A stretch of DNA of 56,394 nucleotides from the IMG/VR virus record IMGVR_UViG_3300045974_000588; one strand, written 5' to 3'. The DNA is from an uncultured virus (IMG/VR IMGVR_UViG_3300045974_000588). Taxonomy: Duplodnaviria > Heunggongvirae > Uroviricota > Caudoviricetes. The notes beneath the pieces are model-generated. The model saw only the letters and a program-made list of their open reading frames with translations, was not told the DNA's origin and made no database searches. Position numbers and translations under genes: made by a program. The number at the start of each line of letters is the position of its first letter. Position 1 is the first letter of the stretch. Shown here piece after piece: positions 18,537-27,811 of the stretch.

Positions 18537-20120
18537 ATGGCCTTCCTAGCTAAAGCATCCCTTGGCAAGAAGTTCGGCATCCTAGTAGCAACGCCTGCGG
18601 TTCTTATCGTGGCAATGACGCTACTCGGTTGGATTGGGATCGAAAAGCTTCAAAGTAGCGTAGTTGATCTTGCAGAATCTTCAAGAAAAACTAGAGTAGC
18701 TTCTGGCTTGTTAAATGATACTAACGTAATCCGAACTGTTCATGTTTCTATGATTGCTAATCCTCATGATGAAGCTTATATCAAAAAACGGGGAGAACGC
18801 TTAAAAGAATACGAAGACAAAGTAGCTAAGAGAATTGAAGAAGCTAAGAAAATTCCATTTACTGCTGAAGGTCGAGCAATCATAGATGAAGGTATCAATA
18901 ATTTTCTAACGTATCAAGCTAAGTTTCCAGATGCACTTGCTGCCGCAAAAGCTAAAAAGAATGATGGTGATCCAGTTTTAATGGAAGCGAATGTAGAATT
19001 TCAACGTAAGAGTAGAGACGCATTTACAAAAATGCTCGATAGACAACTTGATAAAACACTAGCAGTGGCAACTATTGGAGATAAAGAGGGTGATGTTTAT
19101 CAAAAAATAATTTTTGGATCTGGGCTAATAGCATTAGTTCTAAGCTTAGTGCTGTCAAGGTTTATTATGAAGCAGATCCAAAGAGCTCTTAAAGAAATTG
19201 GCAAGTTATCAACTAGTCTGGCCGTGGGTGATTTGACTACTAGAGCTTTAGTTAACACTGAAGATGAGTTAGGCCAAATTTCCAGAGATTTGAATGCATC
19301 TTTCACTAAGCTAAGCAGAGACATTTCAGATATCATGCAGATTACAGAGCAGGCTGCTTCTGGAACAACTGAGTTATCTGCTACAACTTCTGAATTAAAC
19401 GCTACAGTAACAGACATTAGTGCTAGTGCAGAAAAGCAAAAGCAGGCAATGGACTCTTCAGCAAGCGCTATGGAAGAAATGTCTGCTTCAATCAAAGAAG
19501 TGGCACACCGTTTAGAAAATGCTAAGCATCTAGCAGCAGAATCCAACCTTGTTACAGCCGCGGGGTTGAATAATGCTCAAGAGACTTCTAAAGCAATGCT
19601 AAGCATCAAAGAAAGTTCGGATAAAGTTGGGAGAGTAACCGGTTTGATTGCTGATATTGCTCGCCAAACAAACCTACTTTCATTGAACGCTGCTATTGAA
19701 GCTGCTAAAGCGGGTCAGTCTGGAAAAGGCTTTGCTGTAGTCGCAGAAGAAATTAGAAAGCTAGCTGAAAGAAGTGCTCAAGCAGCAAAAGAAATTCGCG
19801 AATTGATCGAGAATTCTGGGGAACGAGTTTCAGAAGGAACGCAATCAGTTAGCAAAGTGTTAGATAGCTTGAAAGGAATTGACGACAACACTAAGCAACG
19901 AGCAGAAGGTGTTGTGGCCATCAATTTAGCGATTACAGAACAAGCAAAAGCCACTGAGGAAGTAAATCAATCTGTTGCATTAACTGCTACACTAACAGAA
20001 AGAAATGCATCTGCTACAATTCAGTTGGCTGCAAGCATTAGCGAAACTTCCAGAACGGTAGAAGATATCGCTTCCCTAACAAACAGACTTAGAGAGCTAA
20101 CTAGCAAATTCAAAGTCTAG
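18537..20120 (+). CDS. Methyl-accepting chemotaxis protein (4HB sensor, 2 TM, HAMP, signalling domain)
   Basis: TM-periplasmic-TM, HAMP (GDLT...EDELG), hairpin [41 protein letters not shown]. Confidence 0.95.
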   Translation: MAFLAKASLGKKFGILVATPAVLIVAMTLLGWIGIEKLQSSVVDLAESSRKTRVASGLLNDTNVIRTVHVSMIANPHDEAYIKKRGERLKEYEDKVAKRIEEAKKIPFTAEGRAIIDEGINNFLTYQAKFPDALAAAKAKKNDGDPVLMEANVEFQRKSRDAFTKMLDRQLDKTLAVATIGDKEGDVYQKIIFGSGLIALVLSLVLSRFIMKQIQRALKEIGKLSTSLAVGDLTTRALVNTEDELGQISRDLNASFTKLSRDISDIMQITEQAASGTTELSATTSELNATVTDISASAEKQKQAMDSSASAMEEMSASIKEVAHRLENAKHLAAESNLVTAAGLNNAQETSKAMLSIKESSDKVGRVTGLIADIARQTNLLSLNAAIEAAKAGQSGKGFAVVAEEIRKLAERSAQAAKEIRELIENSGERVSEGTQSVSKVLDSLKGIDDNTKQRAEGVVAINLAITEQAKATEEVNQSVALTATLTERNASATIQLAASISETSRTVEDIASLTNRLRELTSKFKV

Positions 20121-20377
20121 TTTATCCAGGGTGGAAGAATTCCTACGCTGTGCCATCCCGCAGCTTCATCTTCAATCTTGGCTTTGATCTGCTCTAGGTG
20201 CTTCTCATTGGTTACACGGTAGACTGATTCAGATTTGTTGCTGTGGTATAGAAGACTTGGATTATCGGCCATCACGAATGTGCTACCGATAACGGGAATC
20301 CGGCAAAGTGTGTTTGGATCTTCAGAGGGAACTTTCCAAACATCTTTTAGTTCTTTACTGAGCTGGCTGGGTCGCAT
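20117..20377 (-). CDS. Hypothetical protein
   Basis: Start re-placed to ATG 20377 after AAGGAGG ([10 protein letters not shown]...). Confidence 0.55.
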   Translation of the reverse strand: MRPSQLSKELKDVWKVPSEDPNTLCRIPVIGSTFVMADNPSLLYHSNKSESVYRVTNEKHLEQIKAKIEDEAAGWHSVGILPPWIN

Positions 20378-20897
20378 CTTGACCTCCTTCCGAAGTTGTT
20401 GGAGGTGGTGGAACAAGTTGCTGTATGTCCTCGGTTATATCTACCTCTTCTAAGTTTTCCAAGGGTTCCAACATATCGACCGGAATTAAGAAGCTCTCCG
20501 GAAGTAGTTTAAGTTCCATTTCTAATTCACGTGCTATTCTAGGCAGCTTGATGATTGAAGCTAGCTCATTTGGGCTGACAAGTTTAGCTGGTAAGTAGTT
20601 TGTTCCAGTTCTTTGAGCATAAGCAACTTGATCTAGATCGGTAAGAGCTGTCAAGAGGCCATTCCAGAAAACCATTGGAATTGGTTTTGCCAGACTGAAC
20701 TTCTTGTTAACATTTACATCTGCTCCGTCTAAGATCCAAACCAGTTCTCTTACTGGCACTTTTATAACCGGCTTACTAGTTACTAGCTTTTGTAATTCGC
20801 TTATGAATCCAGTTTGGTGATAAAATTGAAATGTCACAGGAGCCCGCTCGATGTATCGGCCGGACCTTAGTGTGATGTGTAGTTTAAATGGGTTCAC
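20355..20897 (-). CDS. Hypothetical protein
   Basis: RBS GGAG/AGGT; divergent from terminase; GGTTA element upstream. Confidence 0.6.
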   Translation of the reverse strand: MNPFKLHITLRSGRYIERAPVTFQFYHQTGFISELQKLVTSKPVIKVPVRELVWILDGADVNVNKKFSLAKPIPMVFWNGLLTALTDLDQVAYAQRTGTNYLPAKLVSPNELASIIKLPRIARELEMELKLLPESFLIPVDMLEPLENLEEVDITEDIQQLVPPPPTTSEGGQDATQPAQ

Positions 20898-20976
20898 TAC
20901 CTACTCCATTCACTATTTTAACCCAGAAATTTCAAATTCCTGAATTCGGGTTAAACATGATAGGGGAGAGAAAGAA

Positions 20977-23331
20977 ATGGCAACGAAAGATATCAATCAA
21001 CTGATTGAGGAATCCCTTGAGGCTAACTGGGATACTTCAGTCCTTGAAGTGATAGAGCTTGAAATTGAGAAAGCATCTAACGTTGTACATTGGTTAACTG
21101 GAGCTCAATATCGCAGTATGTCACCTTGGCCAAAACAGATTGAATTTGCTCTAAATCTATTTGAAGATTACTGCCCTGATTGTAGTGATATGAGAACAGT
21201 AAGAGACTGTTGGGGCAAATCATTAGAAGTTATCAAATCTCAAGTTACGCTTTTGGAGTTTGGAAAGTGCCCGAAGTGTGGTAAAAATCGGAATGTATTT
21301 GAAAAAGAAGGAAAGCATAACCGCCATAGAGAGTTGATTGGAATAGCTGGACAGCGGTGTCTAGATCCAAAGACACCCGTGTTGCTAGCGGATGGAACCA
21401 AAACTACACTAAATCACTTGAGGATTGGTGATGCTCTTAGCGACCGTTGCGGAAACATATCTTTTGTAACAAAAACTTGGAAAAGTGAGCATCCCGGCAG
21501 CTTCTTTTTCAGGATTACACTTAGTACAAGAGTAGTTGACATCGAATGCTCAGATGGTCATGAATTCTTAACTCGGCGAGGAATAGTTTGTGCTGCAGAA
21601 TTGAAACATGGAGACTTAATTGAAGCGTATGTAGACGGCCATGCTACTTGGGGAATAGTAGGAAGCGAACTAGCTGTACGATCTCCAATTACTCTGCTTG
21701 ATATTGAAACTTCCACTGGAACTTTCCTTCATGCCTCTGGACTTGTTCTTCATAACTCGGGAAAGAGCTTCTTATCTGCCGAGTTTGCTGCGTACATAAC
21801 TCATAAGCTACTCTGCTTAGATGGCGTTCCTTGCACCAGATATGGCCTCATTAATACAGTTCTTAGAGGAACATTCGTAGCTGGTGATACTGCTCAGGCA
21901 GCAGAAACTGTGTGGGGTTATTTTGCTGCTGCAGTTCAAGAATCTCCGTGGTTCAAAGTATATTTTGCTATGTTGAAGGACGAAGAAAGAAAGAAGGGAA
22001 TGGAACTTTATAAGTTTCGCCCAGATGGAAACTTGGCTTTCTTCCATAAAAAGTTAGAGCTTTCAAGAGCAACAGCAGATCAGGCTACGCTAAGAGGAAG
22101 AACAAGAATCATTGGATCCATTGACGAGCTTGGCTGGTTTGATAATAGAGAAGCAGCTAAAAGACGAGCTGGTAAAGAAGTTTATCGTGCGCTTGATAAC
22201 TCACTGCAGACGATTAGATCCTCTTCAGAACTTCGTTGGAAGGAAGGGTTCTACGATCTTCCAACAGCGTTCATGTTGAATGTATCATCTCCTGCTGCAG
22301 AAGATGACCCAATCATGTCAATCGCAGCAGAGAAACGAAATTCAAAAGTTACTTACATCTTCCACCACCCAACTTGGGAAATCAATCCAGAAATTACGCT
22401 GGAAGGTTTGGCGGATCAGATGTTAACAGATCCTCTTGGAACGATGAGAGACTTCGGGGCAGAACCTGGATCTGGAAAGAATGTTCTTTTCCCAAATCCT
22501 GATACAGTCTATGCACTAATTGATGATAACAAAGGCTCTTTGATGAAGTATCACAAAGAACCAATGGAAGTTAAAGTAAAAGATATCACTTACAACTACG
22601 TAAAAGCTATCCTGGACCACATCACATTTGATCGCACAACACCTTTCATTCTCGCTTGTGATGCAGGAGAAGTAAACAATAGCTTCTCACTCTTGCTGGC
22701 GTCTTTAGAAGAAGATGTCACGATTGTAAACTCAGCAGTTATCATCCAACCTGAAGCATTAACTAATGGTGGCATCGCATCAGTTCACTTTCCATCAGTT
22801 CTAGATTTTGTTAACGCTATGAGAAAGCACATTTCTTTGGAAATGGTTGTGTTTGATAGATGGCAGTCAACACTAGTAATTCAAGGCTTGATAGATCAAG
22901 GCATCGACGCTAAGAAACATAGTCTTCGTTACGATGATTTCAAACAGTTTAAACAAAGAGTTTATGAAGAACGAATCGTAATTCCGAAAAATGAAGTACC
23001 CTTCGAAAAAATCATGCTGCAAAAACTCACAGATTATCAACCTCTTTCGCAGTTGGTACGCCAGCTTAGAACGGTTAGAGACACAGGTCGCAAGATTATC
23101 AAGCCTCCAGTTGGTGATGACGATGTATTCCGTTGCTTAGTTCTGGCTGATAAGTTTATGACAGAGAATAGGGAACGATTTGCAAACAGAGGACTTCAAG
23201 GAATGCGGCAATCTAAGTTCAAATCGTTCTACGCTAATGCTCAAAACATGCGAAACCATCAAACTGCCAATAGTTTGGGACTCAATAATCTACAATCGCA
23301 GGGAGTGTTCATTCAAAAAGGCCGGAAGTAG
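20977..23331 (+). CDS. terL: Terminase large subunit, intein-containing, with N-terminal CxxC insert
   Basis: After splicing Walker A reads AGQRSGKS; Walker B IDE, motif III VSSP, RNase H-like nuclease ACDAG..N, FDRWQS, DDV; upstream of portal. Confidence 0.9.
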   Translation: MATKDINQLIEESLEANWDTSVLEVIELEIEKASNVVHWLTGAQYRSMSPWPKQIEFALNLFEDYCPDCSDMRTVRDCWGKSLEVIKSQVTLLEFGKCPKCGKNRNVFEKEGKHNRHRELIGIAGQRCLDPKTPVLLADGTKTTLNHLRIGDALSDRCGNISFVTKTWKSEHPGSFFFRITLSTRVVDIECSDGHEFLTRRGIVCAAELKHGDLIEAYVDGHATWGIVGSELAVRSPITLLDIETSTGTFLHASGLVLHNSGKSFLSAEFAAYITHKLLCLDGVPCTRYGLINTVLRGTFVAGDTAQAAETVWGYFAAAVQESPWFKVYFAMLKDEERKKGMELYKFRPDGNLAFFHKKLELSRATADQATLRGRTRIIGSIDELGWFDNREAAKRRAGKEVYRALDNSLQTIRSSSELRWKEGFYDLPTAFMLNVSSPAAEDDPIMSIAAEKRNSKVTYIFHHPTWEINPEITLEGLADQMLTDPLGTMRDFGAEPGSGKNVLFPNPDTVYALIDDNKGSLMKYHKEPMEVKVKDITYNYVKAILDHITFDRTTPFILACDAGEVNNSFSLLLASLEEDVTIVNSAVIIQPEALTNGGIASVHFPSVLDFVNAMRKHISLEMVVFDRWQSTLVIQGLIDQGIDAKKHSLRYDDFKQFKQRVYEERIVIPKNEVPFEKIMLQKLTDYQPLSQLVRQLRTVRDTGRKIIKPPVGDDDVFRCLVLADKFMTENRERFANRGLQGMRQSKFKSFYANAQNMRNHQTANSLGLNNLQSQGVFIQKGRK
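21358..21756 (+). mobile_element. Mini-intein (133 aa, no homing endonuclease) in terminase Walker A
   Basis: Starts CLDPKTPVLLADG (block A), CSDGHEF (block B), ends LVLHN followed by Ser +1. Confidence 0.92.
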
Positions 23332-23343
23332 TTATAATGAGGT

Positions 23344-24057
23344 GTGAAGGAGCTAAACATGCGTAGCTTGCGAGATGCTTGGTCAGGGAATGTTATCAAG
23401 GGTGCGTTCAAAGGCGATGTTCGTGCATTCGCTATGAGTCAGTTCAAAGCTGGCGCGACCTTGGTTTACTTGGGAAGAAAGGTTGGATCTCTTCTCGAAT
23501 TGATGGCTCTTCCAGATAATCAACTGTACATTGCCGACGAAGCTGTAGATGCTCCAGACAGCTCAGATTCTGTTGCCAACGTACTAAAACAGTATGAAGG
23601 TAAAGAAGTATCAACTGCCATACTGATGGAAAAGCTAAGAGCTTTTTCAGAACCTGGAAGTGACATTCTTGCCAAACTGTATGAAGAAGGCCGTTTGGAT
23701 TATAGAATGGATCGCACTTTCGTCAAACCTGAGAAGGATGTGGTTCCAGAGATGATGACTGAAGTAGCTCCTCCAGCTCCTGCACCATCAATCGTTAGCA
23801 AGATGGCTAAAGTAGCTGGAAGTCGCATGGCGGGAGAAAGCCTTTTCTTGCAGAATGTTCTTACTTGCCCAAATTGCGGTTCGAACATGAAGACAGTAAA
23901 ACTAGTAGGAAGTGTGGATAGTTGGTTCTGTGGCAACTGCCGCCACTGTGATTTCAGTGACAAAGTGAAATCAACATCCCATGCAAACATTCAGACAGTG
24001 GATAAGATTTTGGAGTTCCGCTGCTTAGAGAATGGTAACTGCGAAATTGCTAACTAA
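23344..24057 (+). CDS. Hypothetical protein with C-terminal zinc ribbon
   Basis: CPNC...CGNC; between terL and portal. Confidence 0.65.
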   Translation: MKELNMRSLRDAWSGNVIKGAFKGDVRAFAMSQFKAGATLVYLGRKVGSLLELMALPDNQLYIADEAVDAPDSSDSVANVLKQYEGKEVSTAILMEKLRAFSEPGSDILAKLYEEGRLDYRMDRTFVKPEKDVVPEMMTEVAPPAPAPSIVSKMAKVAGSRMAGESLFLQNVLTCPNCGSNMKTVKLVGSVDSWFCGNCRHCDFSDKVKSTSHANIQTVDKILEFRCLENGNCEIAN

Positions 24058-24084
24058 CTCGGTTAATATAATGGGAGAAGGATA

Positions 24085-24504
24085 ATGGCTGATTTTCAAG
24101 TAAAGCCTGTTTTAACCGATCAAGCTAGACTGAATCTCGGCTCAATGCTTCGCATTGGATACCCAGCGTTCCAGATCACTCATTTTGGTGTGGGAACTGG
24201 AGGTTACAGTGCTTCCAATCCTACGGTTGCGCTTAGCCCAAATCCATCTTCGTCCCAGCTTCAGCATGAGATTTTCAGAAGCCCAAACGTCACTAATGAA
24301 AATGCTGATGAATTTTCCATCGTGTTCGTTGGTCAGCTTGGAAAATCTGAAGGTGTAGGCCCACTCGGTGAAGTAGGCTTGTATGGCACTTACCTCAGTG
24401 GACCTGCCGCGGGACAGGTTTTCTTGTTCGCTATGGCTAACTTCCCGTTACAATCAAAGACGCCGCAAGAATCTAAGAAATTCAGAATGGTAGTGCTTCT
24501 GTAG
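24085..24504 (+). CDS. Tail-collar/baseplate fibre-attachment-like structural protein (DUF3751-like)
   Basis: LTD.AR..L...ITHFGVGTGG...P...L.HEIFR...EVGLY...LFA...FP..K pattern. Confidence 0.6.
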   Translation: MADFQVKPVLTDQARLNLGSMLRIGYPAFQITHFGVGTGGYSASNPTVALSPNPSSSQLQHEIFRSPNVTNENADEFSIVFVGQLGKSEGVGPLGEVGLYGTYLSGPAAGQVFLFAMANFPLQSKTPQESKKFRMVVLL

Positions 24505-24511
24505 GAATTAA

Positions 24512-26305
24512 ATGCGATCGCCATTTTCCGAATCAAAACGCAGATTCACGCTAGGTGGAATTGATAAGTCCATCGCAGAAGGTCTGGAGTTCAAAGGCAC
24601 ATTCAGGCAGCGAGCTGATGCGGCAGTAGGCCAGCAGGGCGCGGTTTTCGCGCCCATGTATCAGGATCTTCTTTACAATAACATCGCCCAGTATCAGATT
24701 CCCCGTAATAAGAAGATGCACAATAGGTTGATGTCTCAGATCTACTACTTTGATCCTGTAGCTGGCCCTGCAGTGGATTTGTACGCAGATTTTCCTTGGT
24801 CCAGTTTCGACATCAGCGGCGTAGACGATCCTGCAGTAAGACACGTTTACGAAGACGCTTTGAACAATCTAAAGTTAGAGTATTACCTCCCACAGATCAC
24901 AGCGAACTTCTTAGTTTATGGACGAATTTGCCTTCACTTCCTCTTCGATAAGACGCAGGGAGTTTGGACGAATTTCATCTTCCACAATGACGATGATATC
25001 GATATCGTTCCAGTTCCATTCTTCAACGAAGATCCTCTAGTAAACTTCATCCCCTCCCCGGAACTTAGAGAATTCTTCTTGTCGAAAGATCCTAGAACCC
25101 AATCGTATAAGGGTCGTGTTTCACCTGAGATGGTGAAGAAGATTACGCAGGGTGGATCAATTCCCTTGGATATGAGCAATACGCTTTACCTTCCAAGGCG
25201 TGTAATGGTTTCAGATACTGCTGGAACTTCGCTTTACGCCAGAATCATTGGCTTGATCACGCTGGAAAGAGCATTGATGAATGCTTCCACGGCTAAGGCT
25301 CAGAGAAGTGCTGGTCCGATCAGACTCTTGAAGATGGGCAGAGCTGGTGGACAAGAAGGCTGGATTCCAAAAGATGAGGAAATTCAAGCCGCTATTTCTT
25401 CAATTATGATGGCAGAAGAAGATCCAGTCGCTTCAGTGGTGGCATTCAAGACTCCTGATGCAACAGTTGAATTGATGCCTGGATCTGGACAAGATGGCCT
25501 TTGGAAGATTTCAGAAGAGTATGATTTCATCCAGGGTGCTAAGTTCAAAGCTTTGGGCATTTCAGACACAATGTTGTCCGGTGAAGCCACATACAACAAC
25601 ATGGAACAAGCGTTGTCAATCTTCTTAGAGAGAATCAAGACTCTAAGAGATTTCATGACTCGCAAGATTATTATTGAAAAGGTATTCGAGCCACTTGCCA
25701 AAGCCCACGGATTCTACCAAAAGAAGAAAGTATTGAATCCAAGGATGAAGAAAGGCGATCTTTCTATCTCGGATGCATCAGATTCTGATTTAATTCTGCC
25801 CACGATCAACTGGCACAAGATCCTTGAACCTAGAATGGATCAGAGCTTGATTGATCTATACGAGAAGGCAGAAAGTGTTGGATTGCCAGTAACCCTTCGT
25901 GATTGGGGCAAGGCCACAGGCATCAGCCTCAATGGAATCGACGCCGGTCTGGAAGAAGATCTCCTCACGCGTAAGAAGATTAAAGCCTACAAAGACAGAC
26001 TGGAAGCAGAAGGAATTGATTCTGAATCTGGTGGTGGCGCAGGTGGTGGCGATGACTTTGGTGGTGATCTTGGCGGTGGTGGTGATCTTGGCGGAGACCT
26101 TGGTGGTGGCGATGAAGGTGGTGGCGATGAAGGTGGTGGAGGCGGCGATGTTTCGATGGAGCCGGCTGAAACGCCTGAACCTGGAAAGTCTGTAGTTGAC
26201 GGCATCCCTCCCCCACCTCCTACTAGCGTTCAGCCTAGAAGAAGGAACCGGATCGACGTACAAGAGTCGAAAATTCCGGATCCGGACATTTTATCAGGCG
26301 TCTGA
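24512..26305 (+). CDS. Portal protein
   Basis: Position after terL; ~500-aa core (YYFDPVAGPAVDL, ALGIS..MLSGEATY) plus acidic Gly-rich tail typical of large-phage portals. Confidence 0.75.
   Translation: MRSPFSESKRRFTLGGIDKSIAEGLEFKGTFRQRADAAVGQQGAVFAPMYQDLLYNNIAQYQIPRNKKMHNRLMSQIYYFDPVAGPAVDLYADFPWSSFDISGVDDPAVRHVYEDALNNLKLEYYLPQITANFLVYGRICLHFLFDKTQGVWTNFIFHNDDDIDIVPVPFFNEDPLVNFIPSPELREFFLSKDPRTQSYKGRVSPEMVKKITQGGSIPLDMSNTLYLPRRVMVSDTAGTSLYARIIGLITLERALMNASTAKAQRSAGPIRLLKMGRAGGQEGWIPKDEEIQAAISSIMMAEEDPVASVVAFKTPDATVELMPGSGQDGLWKISEEYDFIQGAKFKALGISDTMLSGEATYNNMEQALSIFLERIKTLRDFMTRKIIIEKVFEPLAKAHGFYQKKKVLNPRMKKGDLSISDASDSDLILPTINWHKILEPRMDQSLIDLYEKAESVGLPVTLRDWGKATGISLNGIDAGLEEDLLTRKKIKAYKDRLEAEGIDSESGGGAGGGDDFGGDLGGGGDLGGDLGGGDEGGGDEGGGGGDVSMEPAETPEPGKSVVDGIPPPPPTSVQPRRRNRIDVQESKIPDPDILSGV
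26030..26150 (+). repeat. Coding GGT/GGC/GAT low-complexity repeat (GGDLG/GGDEG)
   Basis: Imperfect tandem units inside portal C-terminus. Confidence 0.85.
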
Positions 26306-26328
26306 TAAAATAGGAATGGGAGCAGATT

Positions 26329-27018
26329 ATGCTGTACCAGCAGAGACTACGAAGACTTGCTATCCATCAGCTTCAAGCCGGATCTCACCGCGTTCTAGAT
26401 ACTATCAAAGCAATTTCTGTACTAGATGATCATCCAGAAGAAGTAAAGAAATCTGGTGTAAATCCTAATAAAGTACGAGAACTTGCTAAGTTGAAAGATC
26501 GTTTAGCTACAAATCCAAGAGTAGCTGATGAAGATGGTGGGGAAGAAGATGGAGGAGAGGAATCTATGCCTGAAGAAGGTAAAGTAACAGATGTAAAAGA
26601 AAAGGCCCCAGTAGAAGAAGAGGAAGGCAATTTTGAGAGAATTGCTCCTAAAGAGCCAAAAGTAGCTAAGCATTGGGCTTATGACGTAGACATTAAAGCT
26701 ATCTGGAAACAACTTCATGCTATCGTAGATGGCCAAGAAGCCGCACCTTCAGTAGTAGAAGATTTGGTCAGAAAAGTATTAGATGAAGTAGGCAAGATTC
26801 CCAAGAACCTACAAGCAAAGAATCCAAGTGCTTTTGAAGATATTATCACCGGTTTTAGGAAAGTTGAACACGATCTTAACGATATGAGTAATTCAGACGA
26901 CATCGGTGGCAACGCTGAAATGGACTGGGTACAAGATCTAAATGACGCTTACCATAAGCTTTGCGATTTTGGTGATGACGCTGGCGTTTGGGTTGAAGCT
27001 GGCAGTAACGGAGATTAA
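26329..27018 (+). CDS. Hypothetical acidic head-region protein
   Basis: RBS GGAG; directly after portal; E/D-rich linker. Confidence 0.65.
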   Translation: MLYQQRLRRLAIHQLQAGSHRVLDTIKAISVLDDHPEEVKKSGVNPNKVRELAKLKDRLATNPRVADEDGGEEDGGEESMPEEGKVTDVKEKAPVEEEEGNFERIAPKEPKVAKHWAYDVDIKAIWKQLHAIVDGQEAAPSVVEDLVRKVLDEVGKIPKNLQAKNPSAFEDIITGFRKVEHDLNDMSNSDDIGGNAEMDWVQDLNDAYHKLCDFGDDAGVWVEAGSNGD

Positions 27019-27019
27019 C

Positions 27020-27385
27020 ATGAAGCTTAGAATCAAAGCCAATTTACGTAAAGCTGAAGGAGAAACAATTTCTCCTTCTGGTGTTTCGGCTTTGAAAGAA
27101 GCTTTTGAAGATGGAACAGTAGCAGAAGCTCTGGATTTTATTTTAGATCGTTATCTAGATTTGAATGATCTTTACCCAATTTGCCAGAAGATGGCTGAGA
27201 CTCCACACCTCTGGGAATCGGTAACAGTTAAAGCTCTAACAATTGAAATCTTCTACATACTCATTAAGGAAATTGCAACTCTGAATGTCAACAACGACAT
27301 AGATCTAAGCGTAACGTATTGGGTAAATCAGGCTCTTCCAATCATGGAAAAGGTTCTTGCAGACAGCACGGAGCTTAGATCATGA
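27020..27385 (+). CDS. Hypothetical protein with MKLRIKANLRK leader
   Basis: Start re-placed to ATG 27020 (GGAG upstream, immediately after previous stop). Confidence 0.7.
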   Translation: MKLRIKANLRKAEGETISPSGVSALKEAFEDGTVAEALDFILDRYLDLNDLYPICQKMAETPHLWESVTVKALTIEIFYILIKEIATLNVNNDIDLSVTYWVNQALPIMEKVLADSTELRS

Positions 27386-27681
27386 ACGAACCAGAAGTAG
27401 TATTTTTCGAAGTAGTTGGAGAGCGAGCTCACCAGCTTCTTTTTGAGAAATTTGGAAAATTGATTGATTATCACCGAGATTCACTAAAAACCAGCACCAG
27501 CAACTACGCTAAGATGAAAGAGTTCATGGAATTTAATGGGCTCAAAGCCAACTTAATCGAAGTAAACGATTCAGGTTCTCCACTAGAAGATGATGTACAG
27601 CTTGAACTAGAACCTCTAGATATTGACTCTGATGAACTTGATCTCGATCTTCCAAAACTTCATGATGAGGAGAGTCTCTAA
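27382..27681 (+). CDS. Hypothetical acidic protein
   Basis: ATGA overlap with upstream gene. Confidence 0.65.
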   Translation: MNEPEVVFFEVVGERAHQLLFEKFGKLIDYHRDSLKTSTSNYAKMKEFMEFNGLKANLIEVNDSGSPLEDDVQLELEPLDIDSDELDLDLPKLHDEESL

Positions 27682-27803
27682 TGGCCTTCGCACGAACTGG
27701 AACTCCAGAAGCACAGCTGCAGACCTTCCAACTAGAGAAGAAGGAAGATACTAAAACAAAGCAAGCTGAAAATCAGACCGACAAGGATAAAGACAAGAAG
27801 TAG
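27681..27803 (+). CDS. 40-aa peptide MAFARTG... (not in ORF track)
   Basis: RBS GAGGAG, TAATG coupling, fills the gap; MAFARTGTPEAQLQTFQLEKKEDTKTKQAENQTDKDKDKK*. Confidence 0.6.
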   Translation: MAFARTGTPEAQLQTFQLEKKEDTKTKQAENQTDKDKDKK

Positions 27804-27811
27804 GGGTCGTC

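Noticed and set aside
18537..20120. Host chromosome contamination or prophage boundary at MCP/DGC genes
   Set aside because: Single genes flanked by phage genes with matching composition; no integrase, att site or host operon seen (read-level check still advisable).
26030..26150. Possible CRISPR or non-coding repeat array
   Set aside because: In-frame Gly/Asp coding repeat with no unique spacers; no CRISPR array seen anywhere in the window.
25856..26263. Several alternative-frame ORFs with poly-His, poly-Pro or TTAKI repeats
   Set aside because: By-products of the GGT/GAT repeat in the portal tail.
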